Assembly: GCA_020137815.1 (NCBI GenBank) | Contig: CM035350.1 | Location: 6,014,001 to 6,078,000 of the forward strand | Length of the DNA stretch: 64,000 nucleotides | Direction: 5' to 3' | DNA from: Hormiphora californensis | Taxonomy: Eukaryota > Animalia > Ctenophora | Shown: piece by piece, positions 48,177-60,366 of the stretch | Position numbering within the stretch: the first letter of the stretch is position 1 | How the letters are laid out: every line of letters starts with the position of its first letter | The notes under the pieces: model-generated | The model's input: only the letters and a program-made list of their open reading frames with translations | Database searches by the model: none | What the model was told of the DNA's origin: nothing | Made by a program: the position numbers and the translations under genes

Positions 48177-48852
48177 CTCTACGGTACTGGCTCAGAACTG
48201 TGCCGCAGTATCTCCGGTGGTGAGAAAGTCTGCTGAGGGTCCCAATGAAGCACTATCGTCTGAGAGGGACCTTGTTATCTTCGGTATACCAGAAACAACT
48301 GACCGCCTGACCAAGACCAGTGTAGATGGTTTGTTTGCCGAGCTGAATGAAAAACCAAAAGTTAATTCGATGAAACGTGTCGGCGAGAAAAGTGAGAAGG
48401 GCCCTCGACCACTTTTGGTTTCTTTGGAAAGACGAGCAACACTTATGGCGCTGCTGAAAAAGTCACGTCAGCTCAAGAACTCGGAACATTTCGCAGCTGT
48501 ATACTTGTCACCAGATCTAACACCGATTCAAATTAAGGAGCGAAAAGCCCTTATAAATACCTTGAAAAAGCTCCGCTTAGAGGACCCTGGCGGAAAGTAC
48601 TACATCAAAAACAATATAATCCAAGTAGGATAGAGCTATATAAATGCCCCCTACATAAACTTTTACTACATACATCATCTTGTTATAAAGCTAGCCGCTT
48701 TTGGAGCGAGGGCTGCTGAGGATTTCAGAGGAGACGCCAAGCGATGAATCTTATTCCCTCCAGCAGCAGAACTTGTGCTGTGCCGTAAATACGGACAGTT
48801 GAAAAGCGGATTATAAATTTATATTTTGTATTGTATTGTATTGTATTGTAAT
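48177..48852 (+). mobile_element. ORF1-only LINE derivative (no ORF2) with LINE-type 3' tail
   Basis: ORF 48217-48633 (DLVIFGIPE, RPLLVSL, YLSPDLT...ERKAL) resembles the CR1/L2 ORF1 C-terminus. It is followed within about 220 bp by a CCGCTTTT...AAAAGCGG stem and (TATTG)n. A second copy lies at about 20160-20640. Confidence 0.72.
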
Positions 48853-49923
48853 TCTTGGAATTTGGCGCATTGCGTGTGTATTTACAAAGGGGAAATCCTG
48901 AATTTCCAGGAATCTCAGGTCAAGTCGTTTGAAACGCACTTTAATCAGGGTGCCTTGCAGCGTGCTAGCAAAAAGATTACACTTATTTTCTAGACCGACT
49001 TTTTTCATATGGCAATGGCCGGGCAACCAAATGGCCAATTTGAGTAAACTAAACGGTATCTGATCGAGAATCGATAACACTAACCGATAACAACAACAGC
49101 CCTAACCCGTCTAGACCGACAAAATCGTTGAATTGTTAGCAATGGAAGGCACCCAGATTTTAACTTTGACCCTGTACAGATGGCCAACGTTAAAATCTGT
49201 ATCTGGGTGTTTGGAGTGTTAGCACTCACGGTTTTCTAAACGTATAATATGAGACAAGATTCGGAGAAGGTTTCTATCGCTCGCTCCATCTACCAATCAA
49301 TCCCCCTCCCTTTTTCTCTCACGCCGCTCCCAAGTCCCAACCTAGCACACAACACAGATACATTGTTCTCTAGTCTCTACTTTTCTATTTAATGTTATTT
49401 GCTATGAGGAGGGGGTGGCCATTTTTAATGTTGTGGCATGTGCTACCCGAAGATTTCGAAATTATATCAACTACAGTTACAACAAGGTATTGAGGGCTTG
49501 AAAAAGTGCTAGTATTTTTTGTCGGGTACGGACTGTACAGTGTACATCGCAAATTGCACACACTGCGAGATATACAGTCAGACCCCAAGCCCTGCTTTAT
49601 CACACGCAAAGATGAACAAGCGGTGCGTTTGTACACTTTTTCCACTCTTTAGAAACACTCGTTTTTGGATGTCAGAAAAGGAGACTGGAGAGACATTCAG
49701 ACTAAGGAGAGAGAAGAGCTGGCGTGTGACAGCACTTGCCTTGCGTGGCGTGACCATCAAATCTAAGCATCAAACCCTTTTATTTATTTGGGGTAAAACC
49801 TTTGGGGTAAGACCGTCCTCGCTACGCGAGGCCGCTACGTGGCCTCACGTAGCCACACAGCGACCGGGCCTTCGGCCTGGTGCGAAACACTAATATCAGT
49901 ATTTCCGTGTAATAGTAGGAACA

Positions 49924-51660
49924 ATGTGTGACCTGACAGAGGATGATTTTGAAATCCCAATTAAAGGTGTAATTGTGGGAAACGGGGCGGTCGGCAAGAG
50001 TTCCATGATTCAGGTATTTGTATTGACAAAGATACAACATTATTTCTAGTCGCCAATTAATTGTATTACCTGAAATTGTTTTTCATACCCTCCCAACTGA
50101 CAACATGTTTTTCAGCGTTACTGTAAAGGGATATTTACCTCGGAGTACAAGAAAACCATCGGAGTTGATTTCTTAGAGCGACAGATGAGGTAACATATAT
50201 CCACTCATTACTCATGACCACACCCCCCCCTCAATAGGAGCTGACAGATCTATACTTGATTGTGCTGCATGTTAAAACACACCTCTCCTAGTATCGAGGA
50301 GAACGAAGTGAGATTGATGTTGTGGGATACAGCGGGACAAGAGGAATTTGATGCCATAACCAGGACGTATTATCGGGGTGGGCAGATAGCTGTACTGGCA
50401 TTCTCTACCACAGATAGAGAGTCCTTTGATGCAATTGCCTCTTGGAAGACAAAGGTAATGATTCCACCACCCTTGGTGACGCGGCCACCCCTACACTGGC
50501 CTCGCGAAGCGCGGCAAAAACGAAGCCCGCGAAGATCTCATCACCAACCACCACCCCGGACCCCCCCCCCCACTGGCCACTATTGGCACTTTTGCAGTCC
50601 AACCCCCCCCCCCCTCGCTAGTGGTGCTACTGTTTCCCACTTTTTAACATTCTAACGAATACACACAGGTAGAGGATGAAGTTGGTGGCATTGTCATGGC
50701 TCTAGTACAGAACAAAGTGGACCTTATAGACGAGGCTAAAATGACCGTGTAAGTAATTGTTATAGTCTCGTTGTCATGACAATTGGTTGCAGGAAAGTTC
50801 TATGGACATGATATATCTCATCGATTTGTTTCTATTTTTTAATAAATCTCACAATTTTAGAGAAGAGGTCGAAGAAACGGCTAAAAGGCTAAAGTTAAAG
50901 CTGTTCCGGGCGTCAGTAAAGGAGAATTTCAACATTGAAGAGTGTAAGTATAACTTCTTCATCATAATGATGGCAGGTGCATTAGTCTTAACTCTTAGAG
51001 CTATAACTCATCAGGACTAAGGTCCGATACTTATTCTGATGATTATTTGTTCGATTTGCCTCCCAGTAACACTGGCAACAGATAATAGCCATATGTAATG
51101 GAAGGCGCGGTTGCGCGCATTAGATTAAAGTTTAAGTTGCCAGCAGTAAGTGTGGTAAAGTGCTGAATGCGCGGGGTGTCTGTCACTCTGTCGTCTATCG
51201 GGACAACATGCCCCAATATTCTGTCGGGTAACCTCACCAGTGTAAATAACTGAGACTATGACTGGTTATCCTCTGTTTAGTGTTCCAGTATTTGGTATCG
51301 ACATACTTAGAACAGCGAGATACACGTGTAGAGACGACCCCTTCCCCACAGCAACGCGGCAACAGCACCGGAGGTAAGTTTCTAGTTTTATACCCACCTG
51401 CCACCACGAACTGCCCCCAAATCGCACTGGAGTCTCTCTACTTTTCTTGTCCGAGTTTACACCCCCGCCCTGTTTATAACCATCTTTTCATATCAGAAGC
51501 TGGAAAGAAGGCGCCTACAGCTCCCGCCCAGCAAGCAAGCGAGGGAACGATCCAGCTTGGTACCGTACCAGGTTCCAACTCTGCCGGAAACAATTTTAAA
51601 CTTAAACCATCATCAAGCAAACCTTCAAAGTTAAAGGCACCCGCTTGTTCCCTTTTATAA
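49924..51660 (+). CDS. RAB23: Rab23 small GTPase, 7 exons
   Basis: Exons 49924-50013 (VIVGNGAVGKSSMIQ), 50116-50189 (RYCKGIFTSEYKKTIGVDFLER), 50292-50454 (LMLWDTAGQEEFDAIT), 50669-50748 (VQNKVDL), 50861-50943 (SVKENFN), 51281-51373, 51497-51660 (CaaX CSLL). Confidence 0.95.
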
Positions 51661-52406
51661 ACCCCAGGACAATGTTCTTCTGATTTGTCTGTTTGTTTGT
51701 GTGAGTGTGTGGTGGGTTCAGATCAGATCTTGTTATTGGTTGTTTTCTTCGCACATAGAGCTCCAATATTATGTATGTTTTGATGCTTGATTCAGTTTGT
51801 GTACAGTGCCGAGTTAGGGCAATAGAAAATATATTTCAGGCAAAAGATATTAAATAGATAAATCTTTAGGCTCAGTTTTGCGCTAGGTACTTTAGGTGCT
51901 AATTTGGAGCATCTCTCTTATATTGAAGTTGTTTTGACATGGGTTCCACCACATGTAAAGTACACGTTGTAAATGTTCATTTCTTCAACTCCGTGAACCG
52001 TATTGTTTTCACCCAGCTTCTTATCGAATATCTATCACGTTTCTCTCCAGTCTCCATCCCCATATGTTTTCATTCCTTGTTTTTAACCCCTCAATTAATC
52101 AAGATATCGCAAGTAGAAAACCTAAGCTATGGTGGACTACGGAGGACTTGATATGACGGAGGAGAGATAGAACATCAGTTCCTGTTGTACTTGTATAACT
52201 GTGGGGAGGATGACCAGTGGTGATGTCTCTACTCCTGTATGGAGCTTGAGGTATAGTTGCTGAGGGGTGGCCGGTTGGGGGAGGGGGGTCTTGGCTGTCG
52301 ACCAATATATCCAGATATATGCTGTTGTGGGATATTTCATTAGTACGATTATAGCAGTTGGTGATCATGCCAAGAGAGAAAGAGAGAGGGAGGGGGGAGA
52401 GAGAGA

Positions 52407-52498
<92 letters not shown>

Positions 52499-52932
52499 AA
52501 AGGATTTCAAGAGCGTCGTGGGGGAGCTCAACATGTCAGCTCCTTCACATTCACTGAAAAGCCAGGAGAGAACATGTGAGAGAGTAACACGTTTTATACT
52601 TTTTCAATACAATTGTGACTGTTTTTTATTGCGTGTCCTATTAGAAAATGTGAGTTTTCAAATCTCAATATATCGTACCTCAACGGGGGTTCACGCCCAT
52701 GGCAACCGCTGATCCTAACACCAACTTCTCCCAGCAGCTCTATAGATGATGGTAGAGACGAAATGTAGAAACGACCAGGAGGGGTGTGGAGCAGGGGATG
52801 TGACATTCGTTAGGAATGAGGAACAAATGCAGACCTTCCTTTTGGAACTCAGGGTACGTGCAACTAATTAATTACATGAACTTATATAAGCGAAATTTAA
52901 TCATAAATAAATTAACAAACCCTTGATATCAC

Positions 52933-54247
52933 ATTTAAGGGTACACCTGGCGTTTTTCATCATCGAGTGCCCAACCAAATGACTTCACCAGGGTTTAGGC
53001 CATACAAAATGGACCTCAAATATGCAATTTTAGCCCTAAATTCGAATTCATATTTTTGCTACAGCCTATTTTCAAAGTGGCGTTTTTTCAATTTTTTTTG
53101 GAATTTTTAACCTCAGGACCACTTTTTTTGAGATAGAAACATTAAATTCTTGGAATTTGAAGAGAATATAAAGGTGAATAAGCCCAAAGAAGGATTTTTG
53201 AAATGGAGCTTATTTCTGGCCATGAGGACGGTTTACTTTTTTGCTTCTTTGACACGCTTGCTGAGAATGTTCCCATGCTTCATTAGAGATGAAAATCTGG
53301 AAATAGTTGCTCAAAACGATTATCTATGTGGCCCAAAAATTTTGGAACTTTCCCGCCAAAGATGTGGTGTACAGAGCTTATTTTGTGAAACCCGTCTTAT
53401 TGAAAAAGAGGGAAATTCCCTGTATCTCAAAAACGGATGATCGTAGAGACCTGCGACCAAGCTTAATCGATTCAGAAGGTCCGATTTTGGGGGGGTCTTC
53501 TGAGAGACATTTTGCTCCTACTCCAACCGTTTTTGCTGTAATTGCAAAAAACCAATTCTATGAAAAGGGGGAACAACTGTATTCCAGTAGCCTGCTTCGG
53601 GCTGCTTTCCCCCTTACTTGCTCATACCTTTTTCGCAATTACAGCAAAAACGGTTGGAGTAGGAGCAAAATGTCTCTCAGAAGACCCCCCCAAAATCGGA
53701 CCTTCTGAATCGATTAAGCTTGGTCGCAGGTCTCTACGATCATCCGTTTTTGAGATACAGGGAATTTCCCTCTTTTTCAATAAGACGGGTTTCACAAAAT
53801 AAGCTCTGTACACCACATCTTTGGCGGGAAAGTTCCAAAATTTTTGGGCCACATAGATAATCGTTTTGAGCAACTATTTCCAGATTTTCATCTCTAATGA
53901 AGCATGGGAACATTCTCAGCAAGCGTGTCAAAGAAGCAAAAAAGTAAACCGTCCTCATGGCCAGAAATAAGCTCCATTTCAAAAATCCTTCTTTGGGCTT
54001 ATTCACCTTTATATTCTCTTCAAATTCCAAGAATTTAATGTTTCTATCTCAAAAAAAGTGGTCCTGAGGTTAAAAATTCCAAAAAAAATTGAAAAAACGC
54101 CACTTTGAAAATAGGCTGTAGCAAAAATATGAATTCGAATTTAGGGCTAAAATTGCCTATTTGAGGTCCATTTTGTATGGCCTAAACCCTGGTGAAGTCA
54201 TTTGGTTGGGCACTCGATGATGAAAAACGCCAGGTGTACCCTTAAAT
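52933..54247. mobile_element. Foldback non-autonomous DNA transposon (Kolobok-like), about 613-bp arms and 89-bp spacer
   Basis: Arms 52933-53545 and 53635-54247 give identical mirror ORFs in the track. Termini TTAA|GGGTACACC...GGTGTACCC|TTAA; a TTAA TSD with GG...CC ends fits Kolobok. Confidence 0.88.
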
Positions 54248-54249
54248 CA

Positions 54250-57200
54250 CTACGTTACCCTGTCATATCCAAACATTTTCATGTCATTTTCATAGTAGGA
54301 ATTAATCCACTTTTTCTGATGGTCTTGAAGTAAATTGAGTTCAGAATTAATTTTGGCAGTTGAGTTTGAGGTGTTTGAACGTGCCAAGAAGAGTGCCCGA
54401 TCCTTCCACAATCCCAACTTATCCAAAAGAAACCAAAGCTCCATTGGTTCCTCTTCTAACTTTATGACGTAATCGAACTTGTTGGTGCACATGTTACACC
54501 AGGACCAGGCGGGGTTCCAGTGGCCATTAGCAACCCGGGTCCGTTTTATGAAGTTGATGAGCTCTGATAGCGTTGGGTAGGGAGGATTGAATAGGGGATT
54601 GTTTGGTGAGTGGTGTTCTGGTCCCTGACGGCCGTTTTGGAGCTGAAACACATGTATATTACTAACTAACATAATATACTAGTATTTAGCTAGGTCTACT
54701 AATTAGCATTTAGCTAGGTTAGTGGTAAAACTAAATGACAAAATAAACAAGTTCCTACTAGTTCATCACAGGGACTTCCCTGTACTTGTTTAGTCACTCA
54801 ACAAACTATAATACCGGTATTGTCCCATATCAGTGTATAATAATACTGAGTATAATATATTACCCTATTTACCCATGTAAAGTATTTGTTAAACTCAGTC
54901 TGCCATTGCCGAGAGGAACGCCACGTTCTATGCTGGTACATTCGGACCACCATAGCCCTGTAAATCCATTGGTTCTTCATAGCAACCATTTCCCTATCCT
55001 TTGCTGCATTATGCACGTGGCTTATCTGGGAGATTGGTGTGGAGAAAAACAAATATATCACGGTTAGAGACAACCCAAGATTACAGTGCTAGTATGTATT
55101 GTTTTGGATGATCATGATTCATGCCAAGGCGCAATCAGTTGGCTTACCAATCTAGATAGTGGGTGTCGTACCACCGTGAAACGTATGTTGTTTGGGTTTT
55201 CGTTCGAGTACAACTGTCGCATCCTCTCTTTATCTATACTCGACCTAGATCTAAAATGGAGGTAGTGGTTATTGGTTGATATAAGTAAAATTTAAAAGTA
55301 AAATTTTATGAAAACGTTTCGTAAACCTACCCCATAGTTAATCGTCTTGAACCGAGTTCTGCAAGGTTTCTTGTTCTGTGGTCCGGTTTGAATCTGTCTA
55401 AGAAGTAGTACTTCCACGTTGTGCTTCCAGCTTTGAACACCGGACACCAGCTTGCCTCTATTTCACTGTGAGGGGATCCGTGTGAGCTGTTTGGCCGGTG
55501 CCAATCCAACATTTCTATTGACAACAGAGATCAGCGTGCGAGGGATGAGATTGACACCCCTGATGCTATCTTACTTGAACTGATATATCTCGAAGAAGGG
55601 TTTGTGTTTTACCATCAGACTCCTGCACACCTTCTCTATCTTCTCCATTCGGATACGTATCCGCTCCTGTATCTCCTGCAAATAAACTCGTCATTAGTCA
55701 GACCACTTCAGTTGATTTTGATTCAGTTTACAGGACCAAGTACGTGGTATGTGTCACTAAATCCTTTTCCGTTCTACGGGATTGGTGACTCGCCTTCCCT
55801 ACATGGACTGCTGCTGCTGCAGTGATTCCCCTTCCCTGGTGGTTCCGAGGTTATGCTAGGTGCAAACTGCAAAGTTACCTTGTATCGTTCGAAATACTCT
55901 TTATCTATCCTCAGGATTTCCTCTTGAGGTGGATGGACGATTTCTGATGTGATATTATCGCGGTCTTCCCTGACTCTAAAATGAGATAAATATTCAATAT
56001 TAAAGGCCAGAGGGGAAGGGGGCTCCAGGGGTAAAAAAGTCACTTTCAGTAGCTGGCTCGAAGAGCCGGACCATGTAGAAGAATCAATTTTGTGTGCACC
56101 GTCTAGGAGAAAAATGATGTTAACTTTTTCCAAAATCTAGTGCTATCCTCATTTATTCATAAACGACAATAACTAAGAAGCTAAATTTAGTGCAGAATGA
56201 TGTTTTAGTTCTTAGGATGGCCCAAAAATTTCCCAGGAATTTCAGACCTCTTCACACAAAAGCTGGGAAATTATCTGAGGGTTTGCCTAGCTAGACTGTG
56301 TTTTGTGCGCCCCGCCCGCGAAACACAAATGTAAAGGAGGGTTAGAACATAACAACTGAGGGTAACTGGATTCCCTGAATCTAGCGTTTTCTTCGATAGT
56401 TCGGGATAAGTTTAGGCCAGTCTATGTCGTTTAATTTGAGAAATACTCGTCCGTCAACGAATCAGCTGCCAAAAGTGACTTTTTTTTACTATACCCCCGG
56501 ACCCCCTCTGACATTGATTTGAACATGAGTTCTACCGCGCGGCCCAAAAAAAACTAAGGGTACGTTGGCCTTCTTTTCTCCTAGAAATTTAATTTCAATC
56601 ACTCTGATATTTTGTCACAATATTTTTATGGTTACTCATTCGAGGAATCCAGAGTTTCAGCCCTCTGGATGAAAATTCATTTTTTTCGCCCGAATGAACA
56701 TTTCATGAACGCCAAAACGGGACCATATTTTGGTACCAAAGTTTTACAAATTTGTTTGGCTATCGATTTTCTTTCGAACGCGACCAGTTTGAGCTTAATT
56801 GGATCACCACAAGAATCACGGTGACCAGTTTACCAAGTCTAGGTTGGGTCATGTGATCCCCATCAAATTATGACGTGTTAGCAAGAGAACTTACATTCTA
56901 ACGGACGCTGTATCGGTATACCGTCCTAATTAGCAGATGTGATACGTGATACGCGACCGTTATACCTGCTTATTGGCACTTATTAATGACGCTAGCGGTT
57001 CAATAGGGGTCACTTGACCAGACCTAGTGTCGGAAAAGTGGCCACTGTATCTCTTGTGCTGGTCCAATTGAGCTAAAATTAGTCGCGTTTGAAAGGAAAT
57101 CGTTACCCAAAGGCGACTGTGAAATTCCGGTTTGGAATAGATTTCTTGTTTTCAAGTTCATTTAGGATTCATTCCAGTCGTAAAAATGAATTTTCAGATA

Positions 57201-58357
57201 GAGAGCCGAAATTCTGGCTAACATCAATATCGATCAAGTGTAATGGCCGTACGAATTTTTAGCTCCTGAATTTACCAATTTCTTGTCAAAACGGGTTAAA
57301 ATCGATGTTTGGTAAAAATGACCGTTTTTTAATCATTTATTTCACCAACTAAACTTGATTCATTTTTAATAAAAACTCGGATTGCCATTTATTATTGTTT
57401 ATTCTAATGCATGGTTGCTATTTTTAAGAATAAAATCGAATTTAACCAGGAGAAAACGTGGAAAAACCCAAAAAACGAGAAAATGGGTTCATTCATGAAC
57501 TTCAAACTTTTATGTTTTGAAACTCCGGATTCCTCGAATGAGTAACCATACAAATATTGTGACAAAATATCAGAGTGATCGAAATTAAAATTCTGGGAGA
57601 AAAGAAGGCCAACGTACCCTTAGTTTTTTTTTGGGCCGCGCGGTAGTTAGACATGATATCACCCTAATACGTGCCCTACTCTCCTTGTTGTGTATGAGTA
57701 TCTAATATGATAATGTCTAGTATAATAGTAACTCACTCATCGTGCATGTCATCAAGATCGTTGATTCCTTCAAAATATCCCTGGTTGGCCCCGTAGTCCA
57801 TTTTAGCGGTCAGGCCATGTTGATCGGGCTTGTTTGTGTCCTCAATCATCCAGTATCCTGATCAGTGAATTTATTGTGTACTTGGTTTATCGAGGGACGC
57901 TCGCGAAAATACCCAACAGATGATGATGCTTTAAATATGGAGCTTTTAAAAAAATGTATGGTGTAAGTATAGCTTGGTAGTAAATTGTCAGACACTGACT
58001 GTACAAAGTGTACACCGCACAACCTCGGTACTCGCTACGCGCCTCACGTAGCCGCACCGGACCTTCGGCCCGGTGCGAAGAGTACGGTCTTATATGAGAC
58101 AAGTTGTAATGCACTGAAATTTAAGGTGCTCCTGAGATCTGGGATGGAAGTGTGCCAATTGTATAAACCACTCAACATCAATTGTAGCTCAATGCAGTGA
58201 GCGTGGTTTGTGGACCACTATGGAGAGCTTATATTGTCAGTAGGTTATACATGCATACAGTTCAATCCCCGATATACGTACCGAAAAGCATCAACATGAC
58301 TGTTATAAGAAGCCCCCCACTGCAGTAGCGTGATCCAAGGATCTTCCGAAGGCCCAT
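54250..58357 (-). CDS. Golgi carbohydrate sulfotransferase (Sulfotransfer_2; CHST8-14/HNK-1 type), multi-exon
   Basis: Type II membrane start MGLRKILGSRYCSGGLLITVMLMLF (58282-58357), exon about 57738-57858, 5'-PSB WCPVFKAGSTTWK (about 55410-55450), 3'-PB RFTVVRHPLSRL (about 55148-55185), and last exon HWNPAWSWCNMC...FDYVIKLE...YYENDMKMFGY. Some internal boundaries are unresolved. Confidence 0.85.
56531..57647. mobile_element. Non-autonomous DNA transposon with about 110-bp TIRs
   Basis: CTACCGCGCGGCCCAAAAAAAACTAAGGGTACGTTGGCC / GGCCAACGTACCCTTAG...GGGCCGCGCGGTAG. Confidence 0.83.
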
Positions 58358-59062
58358 GCTATTTTTGGCCGATGAGATTTTTGAGATTTTTGGGAAAATT
58401 TGCTCAACTGCTCCCAATACTCAATCTTTCGCCATTTTTTAAAGCTTAAAACCAGACCATACATTAAATTAATTAAGTTAATAAATTAATGATTAATTTA
58501 TTAACTTAATTAGGTCAATGTTTGAGTCGCTTGACACTTTTTCAGTGCTCCGGTATTTTTAGAATAAAAATAAAGTATGAACTATTCAAGTAAATGTCAT
58601 ATTTTAGCCCCCCCCCCCCCCACAGTTCAATTCCCCGATATACGTACCGAAAAGCATCAACATGGCTGTTATAAGAAGCCCCCCACTGCAGTAGCGTGAT
58701 CCAAGGATCTTCCGAAGGCCCATGCTATTTTTGGCCGATGAGATTTTTGAGATTTTTGGGAATATTTGCTCAATTGCTCCCAATACTCAGCCTTTCGCCA
58801 TATTTTTTAGCTTAAAACCAGACCATACATTAATTTAGTAACTTAATTAGGTCAATGTTTGAGTCGCTTGACACTGTTTCAGTGCTCCGGTATTTTTAGA
58901 ATAAAAATAAAGTATGAACTATTCAAGTAAATGTCATATTGTAGCCCCCCCCCCCCCACAGTTCAATTCCCCGATATATATAACTACGTACCGAAAAGCA
59001 TCAACATGGCTGTTATAAGAAGTCCCCAGTAGCGTGATCCAAGGATCTTCCGAAGGCCCATG
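58256..59062 (-). repeat. Tandem triplication (about 366-bp unit) containing the sulfotransferase start exon
   Basis: Minus-strand ATGs at 58357, 58723 and 59061, each followed by the same exon and a GTACGT donor. Confidence 0.88.
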
Positions 59063-59840
59063 ATACTCACGGGGTGGCTTATCCTGTCACGAACAGGTTC
59101 CCTGCATCAAGTTAGCCATGTAATATTGATACTTGGTGTGGGGGAAGTTGTTGGTTGTTGTTGGTTGTATTAATATATCAAAGCGGATCATAGGATAAAT
59201 AAAAAATGCAATCTGTAATTCGATGTGGAGATGCCAAGTAATGATCGATCGATTGATTTGGAATAAAAATGTAAATCACAAGGTCAGTGGTCACGCTATA
59301 TATAGCAAGTACAACGCATTAAAGGAATTGGGGGAACTATCTCGGGCCTGCAATAATTATCTGTCATCGAGAATATATGAAACGGAGGAGAAGTAAGAGG
59401 AGAGAGAGAGAGAGAGAGAGACATGTCTGATGGTTACACACATTACACATGTAATAACGGTGTGCCCGCTGCAACGTGCAATAATTAACATCATCTCCTG
59501 ATGCAGCTCGCTGAGACTAGCTCTTTTCCGCATCGGATGAACTATTCGACTGCAGGGCTACAATCATTTATTTAGTTGCCTACACTGCAGTAAAGTCGGA
59601 TTTTCGTCACCACAAACTCGTTATTTATCGATACTAGAAGACAAATGAAAATATTAATGTTAAAAGTCAGCTAGCTGCACTCTTTCTGGCAGTGGCTGCT
59701 GTGTAGTCCTCTGATAATACAAAGTGTCTACAATTATAGAAACAACCATATTCGATTGTACGTGTATTTTAGGGCACCTCTTTAAAAGATGGCTGTGCGT
59801 CAACTTCAATTGTGTGGTCTCCTGTGTCTGATACTCACCA

Positions 59841-59945
59841 ACTACCCGCGGGGTAGCTCAATTATAGATCGCTCAATAGGTTGAGCAATGGACGCGAAAC
59901 CCAGAGGTTGTTGGTTCGAGCCCGGCCCTCGCCAGATATTTTTCT
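59841..59945 (+). other. tRNA-derived/SINE-like head
   Basis: A-box-like TAGCTCAA/GCTCAATAGG, B-box GGTTCGAGCCC and a downstream T-run; the cloverleaf is imperfect. Confidence 0.5.
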
Positions 59946-60105
59946 AATTTTCCTCCCTATTTAATCCTGAACAGATCTCATCACCGATACTATTATATTT
60001 GAAGAAGGCAGACAATGTACTGTGGCCAGAGAGAGAGAGAGAGAGAGGCAATAATATACGAGTAATATTGAGGGAAAAAGGATAGACGTGAGATATACCA
60101 TACTT

Positions 60106-60366
60106 TTTTTTTTCTTTTTTTTTCGCAACTTCTCCGTGCCCCTGGTATCACCGGGGCTGAGTGTACTGAGTTCAGAGCCCTTGTGAGACTAAGAACTTCC
60201 GATGCCACTTGCTTGTCCCCGATGTTTTAAGACCGACGCCTGCTCATCCTGGTCATACCCCGACAAGAGAATACGGGTATGCAGCGTGATTCACAAGCTT
60301 TGGCAAGCAAGCTTGAGAGGCTTCCGGTACGACGGCACAACCCTATACGTCGCTGGCTAGCGGGGT
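60106..60366 (-). mobile_element. Short poly(A)-tailed retroposed insert
   Basis: 12-bp TSD TATACCATACTT at 60094-60105 and 60367-60378, with a poly(T) run on the + strand at the left end. Confidence 0.8.

Noticed and set aside
52099-52860. Small gene between RAB23 and the sulfotransferase
   Set aside because: The ORFs are short, run through (GA)n and show no recognisable motif or consistent exon chain, so I cannot support a gene.
53150-54030. Duplicated 96-aa and related ORFs on opposite strands
   Set aside because: Mirror products of the inverted repeat, with non-ATG starts and no recognisable domains.
59841-59945. Functional tRNA gene
   Set aside because: The acceptor and anticodon stems do not close properly and the A-box region looks duplicated, so it is treated as SINE-like.
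60106-60366. RNase MRP/P or U3 RNA gene
   Set aside because: Only superficial motif resemblance; the P4 and box motifs could not be matched, and the TSD plus poly(A) indicate retroposition.
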